From: Candidatus Alistipes faecigallinarum
GTDB lineage: Bacteria; Bacteroidota; Bacteroidia; Bacteroidales; Rikenellaceae
Length of the DNA: 64,000 nucleotides
NCBI GenBank assembly: GCA_019115605.1
Contig: DXDG01000005.1
Location: 2,198 to 66,197, forward strand
Direction of reading: 5' to 3'
In this document: in pieces, positions 52,934 through 61,796 of the stretch
How positions within the stretch are numbered: position 1 is the first letter of the stretch
Layout of the letters: each line of letters begins with the position of its first letter
Notes under the pieces: model-generated
Told to the model about the DNA's origin: nothing
What the model saw: the letters and a program-made list of their open reading frames with translations, nothing else
Database searches by the model: none
Program-made: the position numbers and the translations under genes

Positions 52934-53281
52934 GTTGTTTGGATTAAGAATAAATATATCTGTTTACCCAACAGGCAATTAGAGACACAGCGACAGAGAT
53001 TTCAAGAAAGAGCATGCACAGTACTACACATCAACAGTCTGCCACACATCCCCAACAATACCTAATCAAGATACAAAGATAGCAAAAAATCCCAACAGGT
53101 AGCACGCAAAGATTAAAAAATTGTGAAAAACAGGCAAAAGGATCTTTTCAGAGAGCCCGTTATTCTCGGGACATGGCAAGGACGCATGGCGAGATAACGC
53201 CTTGCATCCGAACAGAAACGGAAGCACTCCGCACGGTCGAGCCTTCGCTCGCCGACGAATCCGAGAAATAAGGATGTCAGA

Positions 53282-53866
53282 TCAAAGCCGCTTGAGCGAC
53301 ATGCGCACCAGCTCCTCGACCGGCGCCTCGGGCGATTCGCGCAACACCGCGCGCAGCACCTTCTCGGCCGCCGTGCGTGCAAAGCCCAGCATGACCAGCG
53401 CCGCAAGGGCCTCGTCGAAGTTGCCTCCGTCGGCGACGGGCGCCGCAGATCCCGCTCCGGCATCGAGGGCCGCAAGCTTGCCCGTAAGCTCCACGATGAT
53501 CTTCTGCGCGGTCTTCAGTCCCAGACCCTTGACATTCTTCAGCAGCACGGCATTGCCCGTGGAGATGATGTTCTGCAACTCCCGCGGCGAATAGGTCGAA
53601 AGGATCATGCGCGCCGTATTGCCGCCGACTCCCGACACGCCGATCAGCAGGCGGAAAAGCTCCCGCTCGACACGCGTCGAGAAACCGTAGAGCAGCTGGG
53701 CGTCCTCCCGGACCACATAATGCACGTAGAGTTTGGCCCGCTCGGCATGCTCGATGGCCGAGAAGGTTTCGAGCGAAATATGGAGGTAATAGCCAACGCC
53801 TCCGACATCGAGAACCGCATAGGTGGGAGCCACCTCGGAGAGCGTGCCGCTGATATATTCGTACAT
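53282..53866 (-). CDS. ruvA: Holliday junction branch migration protein RuvA
   Basis: MYEYISG, VGGVGY, VREDA.LLYGF, LIGVSGVG, GLGLKTAQKI. Confidence 0.97.
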   Translation of the reverse strand: MYEYISGTLSEVAPTYAVLDVGGVGYYLHISLETFSAIEHAERAKLYVHYVVREDAQLLYGFSTRVERELFRLLIGVSGVGGNTARMILSTYSPRELQNIISTGNAVLLKNVKGLGLKTAQKIIVELTGKLAALDAGAGSAAPVADGGNFDEALAALVMLGFARTAAEKVLRAVLRESPEAPVEELVRMSLKRL

Positions 53867-53965
53867 GAATGTCAAATTTTGGTCGCAGAGAGGCAAAAAT
53901 AAAGATTTTTTCCTACCTTTGTGTTCCGAAGAAGAAATAATTACCAAAAAAACAGCAAACCCAAT

Positions 53966-54565
53966 ATGAAAAAAATTTTCTTCCCGATGCTGGCCGCAGC
54001 TCTCGTCATGACCGCCTGCGACTCGAAAACAACGGAACAGACCGCAGGCGCCGCAACCCAGACCGAAGCTGCGACGACGATCGGCTCGGGCGATATCGCC
54101 TATGTGCAGGTCGAGGCGGTGCTGGCCCAGTGCGACCTCTTCCTCAACGAAGGAAAGGCGCTGCAGGAAAAGACCGAGAAGGCCCAGAAAAGCTGGGCCC
54201 AGCGTGAACAGAGCCTCCAGGCCGAGGCTGCCCAGCTGCAGGAAAAATACCAGAAGGGGCTGATCACCACCCGTGACGCCCAGGCCCAGCAGGAGAACAT
54301 CCAGAAGCGCGTAGCCTCCTACCAGACCAACGCCCAGAAGGAGGCACAGTCGCTCGACGAGGAGAACTACGTCTTCACGAACCGTGCGCAGGACCTGCTG
54401 AACCGCGCCGTGAAGGAGATCAACGCCGACAAGCGCTACAAGCTCATCATCAACGCTTCGGCCCTCATAGACGCCGACACGACGCTCAACATCACGCCCG
54501 CCGTGCTGAAGAAGGTAAACGAGCTCTACGCCGCCGACAAAAAGGCCGAAAAGGCGAAAAACTAA
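53966..54565 (+). CDS. OmpH/Skp-family lipoprotein
   Basis: MTAC lipobox, IAYVQVE, long coiled coil, NITPAVL..VN; -7 box at 53914-53921. Confidence 0.85.
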   Translation: MKKIFFPMLAAALVMTACDSKTTEQTAGAATQTEAATTIGSGDIAYVQVEAVLAQCDLFLNEGKALQEKTEKAQKSWAQREQSLQAEAAQLQEKYQKGLITTRDAQAQQENIQKRVASYQTNAQKEAQSLDEENYVFTNRAQDLLNRAVKEINADKRYKLIINASALIDADTTLNITPAVLKKVNELYAADKKAEKAKN

Positions 54566-54672
54566 CCCGCCGATCGGCCGAGATAACAGACGGTTTCCTC
54601 CGATAAGCGGGGAAACCGTTTTTTTTCGTACATTTGCACGAAAATGAAAACGAACTAATTTTTCCGGACAAG

Positions 54673-55473
54673 ATGGGATTCGTTCCGTTCACATTCATCG
54701 ACTTCATAGACATCATCCTGGTGGCTGCGATCATGTACTGGATCTACCGCATGACCAAAGGCACCAATGCCCCCTACATCCTTTCGGGAATCATCGCCAT
54801 ATATCTGCTCTGGGTCATCGTCCGGGCCCTGAACATGGAGCTGCTCTCGACCATCCTCGGCCAGCTGATTTCGGTCGGCGCCATCGCCCTGATCATCGTC
54901 TTCCAGCCCGAGCTGCGACGATTCCTCCAGATGATCGGCATGCGGCAGAAGCAGTTCTACTTCATCACCCGCATCTTCTCCTCGGGCGAGGATCCCGTGC
55001 AGACGAACGTCGCGCCGATCGTGACGGCCTGCCGCGAAATGGCTGCGGCAAAGGTCGGGGCACTGATCGTCATCGGGCTGCGCAGCGACCTGCGCCTGAT
55101 CACCGAGGGTGGCATCGCCATCGACGCGAAGATCTCCACCCCGCTGCTCGAAAACATCTTCTTCAAGAACGCCCCGCTGCACGACGGCGCCGTGGTGATC
55201 GAGGGCGACCGCATCGTGGCTGCAAAGTGCATCCTCCCCGTAACGCAGAGCGCCGTGCCCAAATCCTACGGAACCCGCCACCGCGCCGCCATCGGCATGA
55301 GCGAGATCTCCGATGCGATCATCATCGTCGTATCGGAGGAGACGGGAGGCATCTCCATCGCGCAGAACGGCGATATCCGCCACAACATCAACCCGCAGCA
55401 TCTGCAGCAGACCCTGCAGCGCTACCTGGCCCTCAACAGCCGCAAACAGACCAAGGACGAGGTGGCCGAATAG
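54673..55473 (+). CDS. cdaA: Diadenylate cyclase
   Basis: 3 TM helices, VFQPELR, GALIV, PLHDGA, GTRHRAA, VSEETG; -7 box at 54629-54636. Confidence 0.95.
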   Translation: MGFVPFTFIDFIDIILVAAIMYWIYRMTKGTNAPYILSGIIAIYLLWVIVRALNMELLSTILGQLISVGAIALIIVFQPELRRFLQMIGMRQKQFYFITRIFSSGEDPVQTNVAPIVTACREMAAAKVGALIVIGLRSDLRLITEGGIAIDAKISTPLLENIFFKNAPLHDGAVVIEGDRIVAAKCILPVTQSAVPKSYGTRHRAAIGMSEISDAIIIVVSEETGGISIAQNGDIRHNINPQHLQQTLQRYLALNSRKQTKDEVAE

Positions 55474-55531
55474 CCGCAGGGCCGCGGGGCAGCACACCAT
55501 AGGGCCGCAGAGCTGCACACCGGAACGAAAT

Positions 55532-55568
55532 GAAAGCGTCCGCACCTTCAAAGGTGCGGACGCTTTTT
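55532..55568. terminator. Bidirectional terminator between cdaA and GH3
   Basis: AAAGCGTCCGCACCTT-CA-AAGGTGCGGACGCTTTTT. Confidence 0.85.
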
Positions 55569-55586
55569 CGCAAAACGGGCCGGCCG

Positions 55587-57821
55587 TCATTTCAGCGTAA
55601 AGGCCACCTCGCCGCGGATATCGTCCGACGCGGCACCGACAAAGGCCTTGAATTCGCCCGGCTCGGCAACCCACGCCCCCTTCGTATCGTCGTAGTACTG
55701 CAGCGCCTCGGGCGTAAGGGTAAAGGTTACCGTACGCGTCTGGCCGGGGTCGAGGGCTATCTTCTCGAAGCCCTTGAGCTCCTTGACGGGACGCGGGAGC
55801 GACGAGACGCAGTCGCCGACATAGAGCTGCACGACCTCCTGACCGGCCCGCTCGCCCGTATTGGTTACATCGACCGAAATGCGGATCGAGCCATCCGGAC
55901 CGATTTCCGTGCGGTCGCCGCGGATGTTGTCGTAGGCAAAGGTCGTATAGCTCAAGCCGTGGCCGAAGGCAAAGAGCGGCGCAATCTGCTGCTTCTCGGC
56001 CCAGCGGTATCCGACGAAGATGCTCTCGTTGTACTTCACCGAATCGCCGCCCGGATACTCGCCCAGCGCGATGGCGCCGTTGTCCTCCAGACGCACGGGG
56101 AAGGTGAAGGGCAGCTTGCCCGAGGGATTCACCGCGCCGAAGAGCACATCGGCCAGGGCGTTGCCCGCCTCCGAACCCGAATACCACGCCTCCAGCACGG
56201 CGGGAACGCGGTCGATCCACGGCATCGCCACGGCGTTGCCCGAAACGAAGACCGCAACCAGGTGCGGATTGGCTTCGGCAAGCGCCTCGATCAGACGGTC
56301 CTGACCGTAGGGAAGCCCCAGCTGCAGGCGGTCGCTGCCCTCGGCATCCTGGTTGGCGCTCTTGTTCAGACCGCCGATGAAGATCACGGCATCGGCCTCG
56401 CGGGCCGCAGCCACGGCATCGGCGATGAGGCGCTCGGCCGTGCGCGTCTCGGTCAGATCTTGACCGCTCTCCACGCCGTTGAAACTGGTCGACACGTCGC
56501 CGACATAGCCGCGCTCGTAGACCACCTCGGCACGCTCGCCGACGGCGGCAAGGATACCCTCCAGCGGCGAGGTCTCGTGTTTCACCTTCAGCGAGGAGGA
56601 GCCGCCGCCGATGGTCATCATCTTCACGGCATTCTCCCCGATGACGGCAATGCGTTTCGTCCGCTGCAGATCCAGCGGCAGCACGCCGCCGTCGTTCTTC
56701 AGCAGCACCATGCCCTCGCCCGCTATGCGGCGGGCGGCGGCGGCATGCTCGGGCGAGTTGAGCGACCCGAAGGGCTTGCGCGTGTTCATCGCCGTGCGGA
56801 AGATCAGGCGCAGCACGCGGCGCACCTTGCCGTCGAGCACTTCGACCGAAGCCTCGCCCCGGCGGAGCAGATCGAGGTAGGGAGCCGCCAGGAAGTAGTT
56901 GTCGTAGGCGTTGCTGGCACCCCAGGTCAGGCCGTCGGTCCACGATCCGTACTCCAGGTCGAGACCGTTGTCGATCGCCTCGCGCGTATCGTGCGTACCG
57001 CCCCAGTCGGAGATCACCGCACCGTCGAAGCCCCAGTCGCGCTTGAGAATGTCGTTGAGCAGGTAGCGGTTGTGGCAGCAGTACTCTCCCTTATATTTAT
57101 TATAGGAGCCCATGATGGCCCAGGCACCACCCTCCTGGACGGCCGCCTTGAAGGCCGGCAGGTAGATCTCGTACAGGGCCCGGTCATCCACGATAACATT
57201 GACACCGTGGCGGTGCACCTCCTGGTTGTTCAGCGCGAAGTGCTTGACACAGGCCGCAACGCCGTTCTGCTGCACCCCCTGCACATAGGGAACGACCATG
57301 CGCGACGAAAGGCAGGGATCCTCGCCCATGTATTCGAAGTTGCGGCCGTTGAGCGGCAGGCGGTAGATATTGACGCCCGGGCCGAGCAGCACGTCCTTCT
57401 CGCGGTAGCGGGCCTCTTCGCCGATAGACTTGCCGTAGAGGGCCGCCATCTCGGGATTCCACGTCGCCGCAAGGCACGTCAGGGCCGGGAAGGCCGTACA
57501 GGAGTCGTTCGTCCAGCCAGCCTGGTCCCACTCGTCCCACAGCACCTCGGGACGGATGCCGTGGGGGCCGTCCGTACACCACAGTTCGGGAATGCCGAGG
57601 CGCGGAACTCCGGCCGAGGAAAATTTCGACTGCGCATGCAGCACGGCGACCTTCTCTTCGAGCGTCATGCGCGAAAGTGCGTCCTCAACGCGCCGTTCGA
57701 TCGGCTGCGTCTCGTCAAGATAGAGGGGCACGACCTCTGCCGAGGGGCGTCCTCCCCCGCATGCGGCGGCCGCAAGTGCGCCGCAGGCCACACCGATTTT
57801 CAAAAGTACGGATCTCTTCAT
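55587..57821 (-). CDS. GH3 beta-glucosidase family lipoprotein
   Basis: AAAC lipobox; TDGPHGIR, GRNFEY, KHFALNNQE, ISDW nucleophile, NPSGKLP, FGHGLSYT; -7 box at 57907-57914. Confidence 0.93.
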   Translation of the reverse strand: MKRSVLLKIGVACGALAAAACGGGRPSAEVVPLYLDETQPIERRVEDALSRMTLEEKVAVLHAQSKFSSAGVPRLGIPELWCTDGPHGIRPEVLWDEWDQAGWTNDSCTAFPALTCLAATWNPEMAALYGKSIGEEARYREKDVLLGPGVNIYRLPLNGRNFEYMGEDPCLSSRMVVPYVQGVQQNGVAACVKHFALNNQEVHRHGVNVIVDDRALYEIYLPAFKAAVQEGGAWAIMGSYNKYKGEYCCHNRYLLNDILKRDWGFDGAVISDWGGTHDTREAIDNGLDLEYGSWTDGLTWGASNAYDNYFLAAPYLDLLRRGEASVEVLDGKVRRVLRLIFRTAMNTRKPFGSLNSPEHAAAARRIAGEGMVLLKNDGGVLPLDLQRTKRIAVIGENAVKMMTIGGGSSSLKVKHETSPLEGILAAVGERAEVVYERGYVGDVSTSFNGVESGQDLTETRTAERLIADAVAAAREADAVIFIGGLNKSANQDAEGSDRLQLGLPYGQDRLIEALAEANPHLVAVFVSGNAVAMPWIDRVPAVLEAWYSGSEAGNALADVLFGAVNPSGKLPFTFPVRLEDNGAIALGEYPGGDSVKYNESIFVGYRWAEKQQIAPLFAFGHGLSYTTFAYDNIRGDRTEIGPDGSIRISVDVTNTGERAGQEVVQLYVGDCVSSLPRPVKELKGFEKIALDPGQTRTVTFTLTPEALQYYDDTKGAWVAEPGEFKAFVGAASDDIRGEVAFTLK

Positions 57822-57846
57822 ATCATTCAGGTTTTGTCGGAAATGT

Positions 57847-57875
57847 TTCGGGTTCGGGTTCGGGTTCGGGTTCGG
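57847..57875 (+). repeat. (TTCGGG)4.8 hexamer repeat / G-quadruplex motif
   Basis: TTCGGG x4 + TTCGG in the GH3 leader. Confidence 0.9.
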
Positions 57876-58019
57876 ACCGGCAGCCTGCCGATCGAACCGC
57901 CGGAAGCAAAGATACGAAATAATCGCGGGAAACAACGGCAAAAAGAAACGCTCCCTTGAGATTCAAAGGAGCGTTCATGCGCTTTTCGCGTTTTCGGGAG
58001 TCGCGGTCCCCGCGCGGGT

Positions 58020-58394
58020 TTACTCGGCCGAAGACGCGGCAGGTTCCGCAGCGGGCTGCTCTGCGGGAAGCTCGGCCTGCGGCATGGCGGGAACGGCCTC
58101 CGTGTTGAGCATCTGCTCCTGAAGAGCCTTGGCATCCTTCGAGATCTCCGAGTTGCTCTCCGCAACAAGGCCCTTGTCCATGGCCAGCGTGGCAACAAGG
58201 CTCAGAACCACGATGGCGATGGCCATCGTCCAGGTGAACTTCTCCAGAAAATTCGTCGTCTCACGCACGCCCATCACCTGATTCGACGCACCGAAGTTGG
58301 CGGCCATGCCGCTCTTGGGATTCTGCACCAATACCGCGAGAATGATCAGTACGCTCGCAATAAGTATCAGGGCAATGCAAATCGTGTATAACAT
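58020..58394 (-). CDS. secG: Preprotein translocase subunit SecG
   Basis: VLVQNPKSG...FGASNQVMGVRETTNFLEKFTW. Confidence 0.93.
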   Translation of the reverse strand: MLYTICIALILIASVLIILAVLVQNPKSGMAANFGASNQVMGVRETTNFLEKFTWTMAIAIVVLSLVATLAMDKGLVAESNSEISKDAKALQEQMLNTEAVPAMPQAELPAEQPAAEPAASSAE

Positions 58395-58409
58395 ATCTCA
58401 GACTTTTAA

Positions 58410-58895
58410 TTATTGTTTTTCGGTTTTTTCAATAAGTTCGGCAAAGTAAATACTTTTTTCGGGATTTAGCAAACTTAATTTGCGATAAATTGCCACAGCC
58501 TCATCGCGGAGTCCCTGCGCAAGGTAAACCGCAGCCAGCTCCTCGCTTACAAGCTCGTCCTCGTCGTCCAGATCGGGTGCCGTGCGCACCTCCGTGTCGG
58601 GAGCCGTCTCGTCGGCAACGATGCGCAGATCCTCCTCCTTCAGGAACCGGTCGATGACCTCTCCGGAGGTAAGGTGCGTCAAGGCATCGGCATCCACCGC
58701 CGCACGGCACAGGGAGCTCTCCCCGCGCCACGGAGCCATGAGCCCGGCCAACGGATCCTTCTCGCCCGAAAGCCGTTCGGCAGCGACATGCAGCGGAAGG
58801 AACCACGCATGGCGCTCCAGCGCCGCGGCAAGTTCCCCGGCGGAGGGTTGCGGAGCCTCGCCGGGTGAAAGCAGGAAATCACGCACGCGACCCAT
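58410..58895 (-). CDS. Conserved hypothetical protein with TPR-like C-terminus
   Basis: IDRFL, SEELAAVYLAQG...AIYRKLSLLNPEKSIYFA, in lptE-secG context. Confidence 0.8.
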   Translation of the reverse strand: MGRVRDFLLSPGEAPQPSAGELAAALERHAWFLPLHVAAERLSGEKDPLAGLMAPWRGESSLCRAAVDADALTHLTSGEVIDRFLKEEDLRIVADETAPDTEVRTAPDLDDEDELVSEELAAVYLAQGLRDEAVAIYRKLSLLNPEKSIYFAELIEKTEKQ

Positions 58896-58900
58896 GGGCA

Positions 58901-59410
58901 CTACCAGTTGGAGGCCGAAGCCTGGAAGATATCCGTGACGATCTTGTCGACAATGACCGGAATGAGCGTACCCTCGACCTCGGTGAGCAGCTGCGTCGAG
59001 TCGTAGTCCTCGTAGGCCGAGAAGGTGCGGTTGAACGACATGCTGTCGTCGAGGGCATTCGTGAAACGCACCTTGACGGTGATCGTCAGGCGGTTCAACA
59101 GCGCATATTCGTCGCTCGACACGGACGAGGTGGTCGAGGTGTAGTTCGTGATTTCACCCTCGAAGGCAAAGTCGCCCCCCTCGTCGACCTGCGTCAGGCG
59201 CGTGCGCCGCGAAAACATGTCGACCAGCGCATCGGTGAGCGTCGAGCTCAAAATCGGCGACACCATCGTCGCATTGTTCGGGAAATAGGCCACCGAGAAG
59301 GTCTTCGCATCGGGCGGAATCGAAGCTCCCGACAACGAATACTTGATGGCCACGCCGCAGCCGGCAAAGAGCACTGCGCAGCAGAGCGCTATGAGCAGTT
59401 TGAATTTCAT
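58901..59410 (-). CDS. lptE: LptE-family lipoprotein
   Basis: FAGC lipobox, YSLSGASI, EGEITNY, RLTITVKVRF, DIF...SNW. Confidence 0.8.
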   Translation of the reverse strand: MKFKLLIALCCAVLFAGCGVAIKYSLSGASIPPDAKTFSVAYFPNNATMVSPILSSTLTDALVDMFSRRTRLTQVDEGGDFAFEGEITNYTSTTSSVSSDEYALLNRLTITVKVRFTNALDDSMSFNRTFSAYEDYDSTQLLTEVEGTLIPVIVDKIVTDIFQASASNW

Positions 59411-59413
59411 ACG

Positions 59414-60625
59414 TCAGTTTTCGGTTATTCCCAGTTCCTTGATCTTGCGGTAGAGCGTGCGCTCCGACATGAAGAGCTCGGCAGCGGCCTCGCGCCGGCG
59501 CCCGTTGTTGCGGCGCAGGGCGCGGATGATCTGCTCGCGCTGCATGTCCGCCTTGGTCTTCTCGCGCGGCGCCTCGTCGGTAACCTCCTCGCTCTCGGCA
59601 TACTCCGCGGCAGGTCGGGGCGGTTCCACCGTACTCTGGGCCGTCGTGGGAAGCAGCGCCTTGATGTCGTGCGGAGGCTCCGGAGCGCGGCCCGACACCT
59701 GCTGCATCAGCTCGCCCATCATACGCTTGAGGTCGTTGATGTCGGCCCGCATGTCGAAAAGTACCTTGTAGAGCAGCTCGCGTTCGGTGGACATCTCCCC
59801 GTCGAAGCGCGGAGCTCCCGCAGCCACGGGCGTGCCGGCCTCCTGGCGCGGCAGGTAACGCGCAAGCACCTCGGAGGTGATGACCCGCGACGGCTCGATG
59901 GCCGAGATCTGCTCGGCGACGTTTTTCAGCTGGCGGATGTTGCCCCGCCAGTAGTAGTGCATGAGCATCTGCCGCGCCCCTTCGTCGAGCGTTACGGCCG
60001 GCATGCGGTACTGCACGGCCACATCGGCGGCGAACTTGCGGAAAAGCAGCGGAATGTCCTCGGGACGTTCGCGCAGCGACGGCACGGTGATGGGCACCGT
60101 GCTCAGGCGATAGAAGAGATCCTCGCGGAAACGTCCCTGGGCAATGGCCTCCTGGAGGTTCATGTTCGTGGCCGCCACGACCCGCACGTTGGTCTTCTGC
60201 ACCTTCGACGAACCCACGCGGATAAACTCGCCCGTCTGCAGCACGCGCAGCAGGCGCGCCTGCGTGGGATGCGGCAGCTCGGCCACCTCGTCCAGGAAGA
60301 TCGTACCGCCGTCGGCCTCCTCGAAATAGCCCTTGCGGGCCTCCGTGGCACCGGTGAAGGCCCCCTTTTCATGGCCGAAAAGTTCCGAGTCGATCGTACC
60401 CTCGGGGATCGCCGCACAGTTCACGGCGATGTATTTGTTGTGCTTGCGCGCGGAATAGGCGTGGATCACCTGCGGAAAAAACTCCTTGCCCACGCCGCTC
60501 TCGCCCGTTACGAGAACCGTCAGGTCGGTGGGCGCCACGCGCAGGGCCACCTCCAGCGCCCGGTCGAGAAGTTCCGAGGTGCCGATGATGCCGAAGCGTT
60601 GTTTTACGGTTGCGATTTCTGTCAT
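59414..60625 (-). CDS. Sigma54-dependent AAA+ activator with Fis-type HTH, no N-terminal sensor domain
   Basis: GESGVGKE, SELFGHEKGAFTGA, FLDE, FREDLFYRL, WRGNIRQL, SERTLYRK. Confidence 0.92.
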   Translation of the reverse strand: MTEIATVKQRFGIIGTSELLDRALEVALRVAPTDLTVLVTGESGVGKEFFPQVIHAYSARKHNKYIAVNCAAIPEGTIDSELFGHEKGAFTGATEARKGYFEEADGGTIFLDEVAELPHPTQARLLRVLQTGEFIRVGSSKVQKTNVRVVAATNMNLQEAIAQGRFREDLFYRLSTVPITVPSLRERPEDIPLLFRKFAADVAVQYRMPAVTLDEGARQMLMHYYWRGNIRQLKNVAEQISAIEPSRVITSEVLARYLPRQEAGTPVAAGAPRFDGEMSTERELLYKVLFDMRADINDLKRMMGELMQQVSGRAPEPPHDIKALLPTTAQSTVEPPRPAAEYAESEEVTDEAPREKTKADMQREQIIRALRRNNGRRREAAAELFMSERTLYRKIKELGITEN

Positions 60626-60664
60626 TGCCAAAAAAGTTGGGGTCGGGGAAGATCCGCCCTGCGT

Positions 60665-61486
60665 CTACATCTGTTCCGGAGTCCCGGGTGCGGGGGTCGC
60701 GGAGCCCGCAGGCTCCGCAGCTGCCGGCTCCGCGACATCGATCCACTCCGCCTGTTCGAGCTGCCGCTCGCGCAGATCGCGGTAGTAGCCGTAGCCGATG
60801 GCGGCGAGCGCCAGCACGGCGGCAATCACGGCAATCCAGATAAAGCGGTCGACCCGCCGGCGGGGAGCACGACCCACGTAGGTATAGGCATCGGTATTCT
60901 TCGGCGGTCTGCCGTAGCGCAGCCCCCGCACCGACGGATCGGGATTCATCTTGGCCGAGGGCGAAACGTGCGGCTCGGTAAAGGCCGGGGTCGCGGCCGG
61001 CTTTGCGGCGCGGGGCTCCGCAGCATGCGGACGGTGCGCTTCGGGCCGGGCGGCAGATGCGGCGGATGCAGCCGCCGGATGCGCTTCGGAGAGCTCCGCC
61101 GCTGCAGGACAGGGCTGCGGAGGCTCCGCGACGGGGCTTTCCTCCTTCGCCGCGGCACCATCGAGTCGGGCGGGGTCCGGCTCGTAGCAGAAGGCGATCG
61201 TTCCGTTCGCTCCGGGACAGAACGTTCCGAAACCGGGCAGCGGACACGGCGCTCCGTGTTCGACGGCATGGCGCACTTCGAAGACGAAACGGTCGATCTC
61301 ACCGGCGGCCTCCAGTTCATGGACCCCCTGGGCCTGCAGCAGGCCGCGCAGCACGCCGTCGTCACGCTTGAGCAGCTCGGAAAAGAGCACCGTATGCTCG
61401 GGTTCCTTGACGATAAAGGCCCCGAGCTGGGGAACGACCAGGCGCTTGTGCGTCTCGAGATATTGCGATATGATACGAATGAGCAC
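60665..61486 (-). CDS. HU/CCDC81-like domain membrane-anchored protein
   Basis: LVVPQLGAF, FSELLKRDDGVL, LPGFGTF; Pro/Ala linker; one TM helix; GTG start inferred. Confidence 0.7.
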   Translation of the reverse strand: MLIRIISQYLETHKRLVVPQLGAFIVKEPEHTVLFSELLKRDDGVLRGLLQAQGVHELEAAGEIDRFVFEVRHAVEHGAPCPLPGFGTFCPGANGTIAFCYEPDPARLDGAAAKEESPVAEPPQPCPAAAELSEAHPAAASAASAARPEAHRPHAAEPRAAKPAATPAFTEPHVSPSAKMNPDPSVRGLRYGRPPKNTDAYTYVGRAPRRRVDRFIWIAVIAAVLALAAIGYGYYRDLRERQLEQAEWIDVAEPAAAEPAGSATPAPGTPEQM

Positions 61487-61796
61487 GATTGAATTTCCGA
61501 TTGGTTTATCAGGGTTCAAAATTACCTCTTTCCCGCCAAAAAAACAAGCGTCGGGGCCCTCCCCCGCGCAAAATATCCGAAAAAAGAGCCTCCGTACGGC
61601 CCGCATGGAGCCCCGCCGGATGAGCCGGATGAGCAGAAACGGGCTTTTCATGAAAAATATTCGCACGGGAAGTTGGTTATACCAAAAATATTCGCCTAAT
61701 TTGCATCGCGAAATCCCGGAAAATCCGGACGAGCTACTTTGGCCGATTTCGGACCATGTAGCGAAGCCGGATTGACAACAACCCTACGAACGAAAA

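Noticed and set aside
57822-57941. GH3 N-terminal extension containing PNPNPNPNP
   Set aside because: It spans the promoter box; the lipoprotein signal begins at 57821, so the repeat is in the untranslated leader
50423-61492. Long + strand ORFs (50423-52882, 55530-57959, 58865-61492)
   Set aside because: Mirror frames of well-supported minus-strand genes
61612-61634. GCCGGATGA repeated twice
   Set aside because: Too short to distinguish from chance or simple slippage
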